Source: Ruditapes philippinarum (taxonomy: Eukaryota). Taken from it: DNA of 64,000 nt. Positions within the stretch are counted from its first letter, which is position 1, and every line of letters begins with the position of its first letter. The notes below the pieces were generated by a model that saw nothing but the letters and a program-made list of their open reading frames with translations, was not told where the DNA came from and did no database searches. The DNA is taken from contig NW_026852337.1 in the NCBI RefSeq assembly GCF_026571515.1, positions 1 to 64,000 on the forward strand. The letters are read 5' to 3'. Position numbers and translations under genes: made by a program. Below are positions 52,870-64,000 of the stretch, one piece after another.

Positions 52870-55800
52870 GAAGATTATACATGTTTTATATGCTATAAAC
52901 AAAATAATCTAATCATGAAAATTGTATAAAAGGTGTCAAAATTAACATTCAATGACCTTTTTATTTGCTATTTTAAAGTTATCTGAATTAAATTACTTCA
53001 CCTGTCAGAAAGCCAGCGTGTTTGTTATCAAACAGAAGATCTCAGCTTTAAAACAACATTCTTTGAACACCTTAATCAAAGTCTTGTTTAAAGTTTATCT
53101 ACTTTGGCAGGTTAATCGTTATGAATTGTAAATAAATTAAAGATGTGATATAAAAGCTTATATGAATAAACTGTTGGCTATGTTTCTTTATATGATTAGT
53201 ACCGAAATTGTTACAGTAGCAGAATAATTTATCAACTGTGAGTTTCCTTTTTATTTTTGGTTAAGTTTCTTTGTATGATAAGTACAGAGAGATTATCAGT
53301 AACAGAATAATTTGTTATTTTGAAAGACATTAGCTTCTGTAGTGTTATTTGGCATTTACCATTTAAAAAAGTGCTGTTGACTGTTAATGCATCAAAATAT
53401 ATTAAAAAGTAAACTAAAGCTGATAAGATCATTTTATAAACTGCCTGTTTGTTCATCGCTTTTTTTGAAAGTCATTACCGATTGAGTGATTTATTGATTG
53501 ATTGGTGGATTAATCTTTTTTTAAGTTTTATTTTTAAGTGTTTTATATGACACAAAGATATGAGTATATGTTGCTCATAATCCGATCATTTATAAATGAA
53601 ACATATTTCATGCGCTTATTATGAAAACGATATTTAGAGTGTCGGATTTAACTTTTGAATGTTTTTATTTTTAAACTTTATTTTCTCAGTTTGAATAAAA
53701 GCAATGGAGTGCCCCGTTTATAATCGGTCACTTAATGAGTGAATAAAACTCACCACCTGAGATATTCTTTGTCGTTAGATGTTAAGTTAGATAATTTATA
53801 TGTCTAGTTTGTTAAAAGAAATTAACATTAACAAACTAATTGGAAATACAAAATGACATTTGTATCGTGGTTTTCTCGGCAGTATTTACATTTGGCTAAA
53901 TTGTAGATATTATTCTAGGCGGTTAATGCATCAAAGTCATCTACAAAACAAATTTTGTGCGACAAATAATTTGTGAAATAGGTAGACAAACATATCCTTA
54001 AGTTGATTTGTTTCAATTAAGTCTGCTAGTAGAATAAGAAAAATACTTTCCGAAATTTTGTCAATCAGCATAATTTCATAATAAATTATTATGAAAATAG
54101 TTTGATTTCCTTATAAACTTTAATTAGATTATCAGTATTACATATACGTAACGAAGATGTAAATAAATCTTCAAGCGTTATATGCGTTCGAAGCAGTAAT
54201 ACAAGTTGCTACAAATAAAAGATATATTTTAAGCGTAACACTATGTTGATGTCAGACAAATCGGGTCGGTATTGTTATAAAAATTTATTCATCTATTTAT
54301 CATAATTAATATTTTTAGATTTTTGCTGTTCCGGCTTTAATGATATTTTTTATAATTTATCCATCATAACAACACTATAAATATTCTAGGCTTCCTTCAC
54401 TTAACGAATTTGCGTTAATCGATTTCATGCTTTAGTATTTAGGTCAAGAGTTATTCGAGTCTTATATTTAAAAGGAGTTACTGCCTCAATTTGTTATTTC
54501 TTGGATTTCTTTCAAATATTTGCTGGGAATCATTTTTATTAATGATTCATAATTGGTAATGATATAAGTTGTGAGCATTACTGAATTATTCATTCTAATT
54601 GATAACTATCAATTTGAATTGATTTGTTATACTAAATTTTGAAAATGCTTTCAGTTTTAAAGTACTATTTCTTATTTAGTCTGATTAAATATATATTAGA
54701 TATCATTATGAAGACAATAAATCTTCGATAAAACTCCTACCTCTTGTTTGTTCATTGCCCATTCTTGCTATATATTTGTTATTCTTCTGTCTGCACTTGA
54801 GAGTAAAACATTTTGTTGGATGTGTTAGTGTTTTGAAAGACTCAAAGAATGATGAGATTTACAGCTTTCATTGTTTTTGTTATGTCTGTTGCTTTGTTTT
54901 GCATAAGTTTGTTTTATCTCCCTAATCAAACATTTATTAAATGAATACTTGACAGTTTTTATTCTAAAATAAGGACATGTTTTATGACATTATTTATGCT
55001 TTTCAAGGATATTTGAACAATTGTGTTTCGGGCTGGCTAAGCTTTGTATTTGTTTGCAAAAGTATTGCAATAAAATGTAAATTTAAATTCAATCACAAAG
55101 GTACATAGCATAGGTATATAAGTCTTTTTCATAAAAGATAAACTTGCAAAGCCAGAATTTGACTGCTGAACCAGTGTATGTTTACTTTTACTCGCATAAA
55201 TAAATAAATGCAATATTTCGACTTCATTTCTATGCACATTATCAAACTGACAAAGGTTTGAACTTCTGCTTTACTGTTATATTATTTGTTTCGATGATTA
55301 TAAACTATATTTCTTGGTTTAAAGCGACACGCCTCCAGATTGTAAAATGAAAAAAGAAATGAAATAAAATTTCAAGTAAACAGTAAATTATGATTTAGTT
55401 AGGTTGATTGTATAAATCCATTGTTACTGACATCTTAATTTAAGAAAAAAAGTTAACAAGAGCATGAATATATCGTGTTCCTTCTTGGCATAATCTACTA
55501 CGTTACTAACGCAGTAGCCAATATAAACAGGAGAAGATAATTCATTCAACATGGTCACGTGTCACAACGGTGGTTCGAAAAATCCTGGTATCCGGTACGC
55601 CCGGGGTCATAAATCAATTTTCGTCAATGATTAGGCCATAATTATGTTTCAAGCTTAAGTTTAAATCGATATATTGGTCATCATATATATAATATATTAT
55701 AAAAATAATCAATTATAATTTTTAGTGCCACAAAATACTATATACATGTATATCAAAACCAAAGCATTTGTTGGTTTCCCTCTATGTTTGATACGATCCC

Positions 55801-56790
55801 GGATATAATGTATTTGAGAAGGGATTTTGAAATATTTGTACGACGGTAGTGTTTCTGTTATCTGGAGGCATGCAGCTTTTAACAACAAGTCTTTTAAAGA
55901 AAATGTAATAAAAAAAGGCTATTCTCAAAATGTATATTTCCTCGTTAAAAAGATGATTTTTTTCAATAAATTGTATTTCTTTTGTTGCACATGCATCTTA
56001 ATTTAATATTATTTTTTACGATTATATAATTAGATTTACTAGCGCGTTTTATCCTTTCAATATCATAATGTCAGTTCATCTTCCACTCAAAATATCTTAT
56101 GTCAATAACCAATTGCCAGTTAAAATATAAAAATATCGTTACAGTTAATGTCTACAGAAATAAATTATCAAGAAACAATCAAAGCTGAAACATTATTTAC
56201 CCATGTTAAAGCAGTCAATGGACGACTGGATCTCAGCAGCATCTTGAAATATTATAATTTATACAACAAAAATATGCACATTAATTTTGCAGACTGAGGT
56301 TTTTATAATCAAATTGATACATTCTTCTGTAGCCTATCTGAATATTAAATAGTGTGCATTTACTTGAATATTTCATTTTTCGAGTGATTTTTAATCCATG
56401 CTAAGTACATTATTTAACATTTGTAATTCCTAGTAACTTGACATTATTTCTTCTTAAGTGGAACACTAAATATAAAACTCTTTACAAAGACCTATTTCCT
56501 GATAACTTGACTTTTTGTTGAGTTTCATGTTATAAACAATCATAAAGCATTTTTGTTTTCGTCTTTGAGGAATGAAAAAGTGCTCATACCTAAATAGCCT
56601 CTTTATACATAACTTAGAAATAAAAAAGTAATGAGCCATGAGGCTCATGTAATGAGTCATCAGTTTTAAATACCATTTGATCAAGAATATGACCTATTAT
56701 ACCTTATTTCTGACAACAGAAATTGATATAAAGAACACGTTCTGAAGTACTAATGCTAAAATACAGTCTAAACTATGACTTATAGAACTG
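52870..56790 (+). pseudogene. Interrupted LRR relics, paralogous to 50.1-51.3 kb
   Basis: KVSKLTFNDL..IKLLHLS..EDLSF (about 52930-53050); 53760-54010 resembles 50310-50550 and 56200-56790 resembles 50700-51300. Confidence 0.45.
55323..55878. mobile_element. Kolobok-type MITE
   Basis: TIRs agcgacacgcctccagat / atctggaggcatgcagct (15/18 match), TTAA on both sides, AG terminus. Confidence 0.75.
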
Positions 56791-59039
56791 TTTTAAGCTT
56801 CGTGTACTAGATTTGCTCATGTGTAAAAAATTAGATAGTCGGTCTCCCGATTTCAAGAGATTTCATTATAAAAATACAAGCAGCTACTATGAGGAAAAAG
56901 CCTTGTTAAATTGCAGGATACTGATGACAAACGCTTATCACATTCCGTTACAGAAGTTTAAGTGTTAAAATTATTGTAAAGCAAGTTAAATGCAGGTTTT
57001 GCAAGATAAATGCGAATGAAAATTAGTCATATATTAGTTCACTTTATCATTAACCTTAAAGATGGATGCATGCGAGAATATGCAATTATTATATTTGTAT
57101 GGCGTGTGTATGTTGGGAATGTAAAGTAGGCGTTCAGTTACGATGAAAGGACAGGATTGTCTAAGACCTTTACCATATGATTATAGCCCAATCAACCTTT
57201 GAATTATTCACACGTTGTACATAGCTTTATTTGTATGACGCAACTTCGGTAGAAATTTTATCTTACTTTTTTCCTTACAATCATGGGCCAGTGCCGAAAG
57301 CATATTACAGTGTTTGTATAAGGAGCATTGACCGAAGGTGCATTAACCGTTTAATTGATCCATGCTAAATATAATCACTTCATGTTTTTATAAGAGATAT
57401 TATTTAACATGAGAATTGCCTTTAATATATTAAAATTATATAGCTTTTATCCATTAGCATAATTAAGTTGAGGGCTATTATGTTTTAAATTTTTGCATTA
57501 TTTTATCCCCAAGTGTTTATGCTTGGTTATCAAATGCGATAATTAGTGTAGATATGCAAATACAATTTATTTAATGATGTCTATCAACAAATGTAAATGC
57601 AAGGGATGATCCAGAATCCAGAGATTGTTCTGCAACTAGAACAATTTCCAGAAGTATCTTAAATATTGATAAAAATAATAGAAATGTATTATTTGGATAT
57701 TCTTATAACATATTGCTTCAACAAATGTTCTAATTGATTTAATGTGAACATTTATATAACATATTTTTTTCTAGAATATTTTATTAACTGCTCTATTATA
57801 TATGTTATATAAGATCATGTATCTCATACACGCTAATAGCATCCGTATATATTTTTTCGTGGTTTTGATATGTCTGATACATACTATGAAGGTATGTATT
57901 ACTTGTATTAAATACCTTGCATTATAGACCAATTCACTTTACATCCACACCCGTGTAAAGTTCAATGTTTTATCTAATATTTGAAATTTATTTAATATAG
58001 GGTATTTCGTCTTTATCGTGTTAAAAACAGTTCAAAAGCAATCTAGCAAGATGAACACATTCGATCGTGACAATATCGGTACCAAGAGACTGTCCCTCAT
58101 AAATTATTTTTGCTTGTAGAAAAATGCACTTAATATGGTTATTTGTATACTAAACGATGATATTAGGATTATTCATAGCAAACACTTTTATAACAAACCG
58201 TGTAAGAAGTTTGAAAATGACCGCCACTTAATTTCTAACCTCTAATACGAGACATGTTAGTATCATTTTGATCAGTCACTCTTTACTCCATTTATTATTC
58301 CAAAACAGGGAAAATTGTCTTCTGTTAGCACAAAAAGTATCAAGTGTTTTTTCTTTTTATATATTGTTTCTATATATATTTTGTTATCGAAATCTCTATG
58401 TATATTTTGATAACAAAATGTAGTATAAGTATGTTATCAATTATAAATGAAAGGTGCCCATGGAAATACTGTCAAGAGATCTCTTGGGCATTTGATTAGA
58501 GTTTTTATACATCAATATGTCATACGTCAGCTCTTTTCAAAATGTTTATATTTCAACTTTTCAGTTAATTTTTAAAAATATGTACAAACACATCACTCGT
58601 GTGCACCGCAGAGTTTAACTTACCAAAATGAATCTCCTGCATTTGGTTAAGCAAATCAGCAACTCAATCTTTCAATCAACTAGAAGTCCCTGTGAGTGTT
58701 GTTAATAATGCACCAATATGAAATGTTTAATTCAGTTTTATTTGTTTGTAATTAATATTTACATACATGCATGTACACACAAATATAACAAAGACAACGG
58801 GGGACAACTTCCATCAGTTTATCTGATATTTAATTTTACCAGTCAAACAGTTTAAATAAGCACCTTAAGTGTCTGTATGGGTAAGATAATTGTAATTAAA
58901 GTGGTAAAATAATATTGGATTTTTTATTTATGTTCTGCGTTATAGTTAATTTTAAAAATATCAAATAGATATCAAACACATTAAAAGTACAAAAATATAC
59001 ATTTATATATTTTTGTCTGTGTTATTAGATGTTAATGAT

Positions 59040-59490
59040 ATAATTACATGTAGAAATAAGGCAAATTCTAACACGACCCGCAATTTTCTCTATTAAACAT
59101 AGAAGGACCGAAAGTGTGTTATTTTGCTATAAAATCACTGTTGACGTTCTATATTTTGATATGTGATGTTATATATATATATATAGACATGTGATCATCG
59201 TATATGTGACGTAACCACTAAATATACGACGCGCTGAAAATAAGTACGGAAATAAATCAGGCGCATTTAAGCTTTTCAAAGAATATAAGGTACGGCAGCA
59301 TTTATTTGTTGATGTCGTGTTAGAATCGAAATAATATATCCAAATCGGTGATTTTATCGCTTGGTCAAATCACTGTTTGTCGTTCGGATGCGCATCATTA
59401 TATCCGAACTCCAAACAGTGATTTTATTGAGCGACAAAATCACAGTTTGGGATATATTTTTTCTTAAATAGTATCTCAGTTTAAAACGTA
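59040..59490. mobile_element. Non-autonomous long-hairpin element (Crypton-like)
   Basis: Absent from the paralog at about 35325; inverted attctaacacgac / gtcgtgttagaat plus a ~125-bp palindrome at about 59333-59460. Confidence 0.65.
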
Positions 59491-59519
59491 CATATTTAAC
59501 ATAATCATGTGATTGAGGA

Positions 59520-62500
59520 ATCATTCTTTGGCAATTTTCCCTTCTGCTTTTATTAAGAAAAAATAGCGAAAACAAATGTTCTTACAATCTCTTGATGATT
59601 TTTGTCTTAGTCATTATTCTAAAATAACAAACGATGCCAATAGCTAGCTACTTGGTTGATAATCCTAAAATAACGTCAATAATTATTTAACATTAGTGCA
59701 AGGCAACGCGAGGTATGATCTGTTAATCTGGTTTTACGCGTTACAAGATTCGGGAAATAGTTTTTAAAACCTAATATTTTAGACCCTATCCTAATACTGT
59801 AACTTATTTTGAAATTACATAAGAATCATTGTCTATAAAGTAGTCCTAAGGTAATCAACGTTGTAGATAATCTGCTTTTAAACTGTGTAGGTCCATCAAC
59901 TATTCTATCATGAATATGTATTTGTAACAATATCATCATCAATTATTATGTGAAAGTGTTGATCATTTTAGAAATGAAGTATTTTAGTGAATCAGTCCGT
60001 AATGAAAGGTCCATTAAACCATTAATAATGTCAATATCGCACATGAAAATACATCACGTATGAATAAAATGGGTGTGAGCGTCTTGGTCCAATATATTAA
60101 CATAATTAAAAAAAAACGTAATTATATAAAATAATATAACATAATATATATATATATATACATGTATATCGGATAAAATACAACAAAATATTAAAAATTA
60201 TTACTCACCACATACATCATTGTATAAACTCTCTTTAAAGAACTATGTCAAGAAATATTGTTTAAGAATATGCAAACGAATGTGTCTTTTGTAGACCAAT
60301 CTTTATTTGTTTTAGAAATAGACAGATATAATTCATAGTCTTGAAGCAATTTTCTTGAATGCCATTAAAATAATTAGAATGTCATATATAAGGCTAAAAT
60401 TGACGATGCAATCAAAACAACACTTAAAGTACCAATGTAATTCATATATCACGTGTGTGCAGCAAAAAATAAACATTTGCACTAATTTAATTAAGTCTAA
60501 TAGAACATATGGAAATTAGCTTCTGTTAAAATTGTGCTAATGCAAACTGTCTAGGCAGATAAAAAGTAAATAAACAGACCTGAAGGTATGCGCATGTTAT
60601 CATTTATTATGTATTGTGTTTATCAGCCTGTTGTATGGATTAAATCATACATCAATATTTGTTTTTAAAACGATTAAGCTTGTTATCATTCATAATATAT
60701 TTTGTTTACCAGACTGCTGTACCAGTTAAAATACAAAATTGAGTTTTTGGAATATTTATGCCTTGCATTGCGTTTGTATGTGTCTCGCATATATTAACTA
60801 TGCCATCCGGTCGTTAGTTTCCATGCATCAGATTTCGATAGAATTATTGTTTGTTTGTTTTTTTACAATGAAAATATATCTTTCTACGCTCATGTCCAGA
60901 AGGGAGAGCATCCTTTTTTGTAATCAAGCAGTCATTGGTCATGCGGAATTTCCCTGACCATTATCTTAAATTTTTGAGATAATGGTGTAGATTCATGCTG
61001 ACGAAGTCTAAAAAGGGGAAAAAATTTAAATTTTTCCGGGTTTACCATCCAAAGCAAAGCTGGTTGGGTTAGATCCAAACAGATCAAAATATAAAAAAAG
61101 GGGGTTTAAAAATGTTAATACAAAACATAAGCAAATACTTAATTTTTAACCTTGCATGGAAAATACCTGCGTGATAGGCTATAAATATATTATATGGAAA
61201 CGATATTAAATGGGAAGGATTTAACTTTTGAATGCTAGTGATTTACAATTTCAAAATCAAAGTAATTGTAGGCCTTCAAAATGCCAGCTAGGCAGTTATA
61301 ACCTTATCACACAGAAGTTGTAAGCAAATCAAAGTCGTTCTTACAATAGATCAGAAAAATTAGTTCATGAAATGAAATAATGAAGCTTAAAATTGTGTTA
61401 ATGACACCATAAACAAGTTTTATATGTAATAAACCAAACATATTTACGATAGGAAGAGTACCAAACTATGTTTAGCTGTTTTTATATAGTATATATATGT
61501 ATACATAGGTGTATCATGCAGATCTTACTTAAGTGTCAAAATAAACTTTCGAGAAAAAAATGAGTTGTGATATCAAAGGTGAAATAAAATATTTCCATAT
61601 CTTGGCATGGAATCAATTGTGTTTTCATACAAAAACTAAGTGATGCGAAAAACATTTGAAAACAAAGTTTAATCAAAGTCGTTTTTTATAACTGTGATCC
61701 ATTTCATTTCGACAAGGATCAGATTCAGTGAATCCGAATTATTATCATTAATTACATGTGCAAGTAAAGACATATATTAACATTTATACTAATACTTTAT
61801 TAAATATTTTCAAAGAATTTCAAATACGTTAGCATGTTATCAAATAGTTACTATTTATTTTTTTAAGCTCATCATATCTCATAAGAAACGGTGATAAAAT
61901 ATTTTAATAACTACTTGTATTTGATAATTTGTTAAATACGAGTAGTATTAAGATAATAATATAATCATATATAGTTAACAAAAAATTTAAACACGCCTGT
62001 TCACTCCAAGAGCCCTCGTAACTTTATGTTTCGGTTCCTTTAATCGTCATCCTGTAGATGATACTGAAATTGTAATCAATGATTTGAACTTTAGAACTTA
62101 AGTAGAACATAAAAAATTCATCGGTATGACAATGATTAACTTCTATTTTTTTGTTTGAATATAATTGACTACTACTACCATACTGTTTTGTTTTAGAATC
62201 TAATATTTCAGTGATATAACTTTGTATTAAACAAGACTTTTATAACGAGAAAAAATATTATTTCATCGACGCAATTAGTGTTTTGAATGAGCATAAGTTT
62301 AGTTTAACATTATTTGTTTTACAGTCTTGACGTTAGCCATATAATTTGCCGACAAGATGTGATCATAAAACTCTTAAATAGCATATCACAGACAAATCGT
62401 TCTGCCAATACAATGGAACGATCCCATATCTCAAAACTGTCTGGACTTGCACATTTAAGTAGGTAATTATCATCACATATATGTCGTCACGACATAGCCA

Positions 62501-64000
62501 TTCCTTATTTAAACAAGAATTAGAATATGTCACCGCCTTTATAAAACATTTACACATTCTGGACCATAAAGACCACTTAGACACATAAGTGTTTTGAAAA
62601 AATAATTTAAATAAATTTTAACTACTATTTTAAGATTTACACACCAGCCCTTATGACTCGAGTTTATTACATTTTTTAAATAAAAGGCGAAAATAATAAT
62701 TATAGATTAAACAATAATTGTTAATGTGAATAAATCGATTTTTAAAGTAAAACCCAAAATATTATTTTTATTTTTGTAGCTCAATGTTTTGCTTTTAAAA
62801 AACAACTTACATGGGGTTTAAAAACAATTTGGGCATTTTATTTAGTGATCCAAAAATTTAGTTAATTCCTTTCCCAAACTAAAAACCCGTAAAAATTTTT
62901 TTTCCCGATTTTGCTGAATAGGCTTCATAATTTAAAACAAATTTAAAAAGAAATGTTTTAAATCATGGTTAAAAATGGCAGTCAAAAATTTAAAAAAATA
63001 TTTAAGGGGGAAAAAAATTTCAATTACTTAAAAATTCAAAAAAAACATTTTAGCCAAAAAATAAGTTAAAACATAAAATTAACTTTCTACCTCTGTTTAG
63101 TTTTTCCCTTTTTCTGTCTTCACTCAAATTTCCTTACTTTGTTTTTGTTTTTGTTTTCCTTAAAACGAAATTTTAAAGTGGGGGTTAAGAGGGAGAGGGT
63201 GGGGAATGGGGAAAGCTTGGATTTGGGTTTTTTCATATATTCTCTTTTAAATTTTTACCCTTTTTTTACTTTTTTTTCCATTTTTACATCGTCGACCATA
63301 ACTATAAAGTCTTGCATTTTATATATTTAAAGTATTCTTGAATGGTAAATTATTTCGTCGATTTTATTGAATGGATATGTTTATCAATGTACTTTGCTAC
63401 ATATTTATGAAAATTAAAGATAAGTTTTTTAGTTAGACCATATTAGTGTAACTGTTATCCCCTGTTGATTTTATACGTCTATTTGTTTGTTAAAGGTTCT
63501 GTATGGTGTGTAATGTAAGGCTAAAAATTTAAAATCCTACACAGTATCTATCATATTCAAAAAACTAAGTACATCTTATTCAAACATAATATAGCTTAAT
63601 ATCACACACTATGCGGTATTAAATTTGCGTGTCTGCAGAATAAAAGTCAAACGACAGAGAAAATAGCTTATTGATAATCCCTTGAAACTATATTTTAGGA
63701 TGCGTGAGTGAATAGTAGACGACTGCACTATCTCAATCCTCTTTCTCTTTGTTCCGAAAATTATATTAACATCAAATTTAACATTTATTTACAGCAATGC
63801 AATGGCATTGACAAACTGGTTATTTTCTGCAAGAACAGTTATTTTGAATTGATAGTCTGGGGGAATAATAATGTGAGATATGAACTGCCAAACTTTATTT
63901 CTTATTTGTGTCGATAATCGATCATAGCGTTTAATGATGATAATTTCAATTTATTTGTTGATGTAAACAATATTTACATGAAGACAAAATGAAGTTTTCT
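59520..64000 (+). pseudogene. Higher-order unit of LRR relics, running off the window end
   Basis: 58855-61380 resembles 35145-38720; 61420-64000 resembles 30355-33170 and 39500-42650, with the same peptide motifs. Confidence 0.6.

Overview
AT-rich eukaryotic DNA, not prokaryotic. The repeat repertoire (Meta/MESC-type tRNA-SINE, pearl-like Helentron MITEs, Kolobok MITE, mariner) points to a bivalve mollusc; this is an inference. I found no intact protein-coding gene, and most ORF-track entries are spurious. The backbone of the window is a cluster of heavily decayed leucine-rich-repeat (LRR) gene relics. Hand translation gives LRR-NT-like caps, extracellular-type LRR units, an LRR-CT-like Cys cluster and a possible Sushi/CCP-like module. 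These relics lie on the minus strand in parts of 0-15 kb and on the plus strand from about 4 kb to the end. They were amplified as nested duplications: 1-5.2 kb vs 10.7-17.2 kb, a near-identical 3.8-kb tandem pair at 17.4-24.9 kb, and a ~9-10-kb higher-order unit from 28 kb onward. Several disabling mutations are shared between copies. I could not recognise a TIR domain. Insertions include a defective full-length mariner, a P-like foldback MITE, a Kolobok MITE, SINEs, long-hairpin (Crypton-like) elements and a ~3.8-kb composite Helentron-like element. The composite carries a lone LINE ORF1-like pseudogene, two tRNA-like heads and two minisatellites. Pseudogene boundaries are approximate, read by eye.
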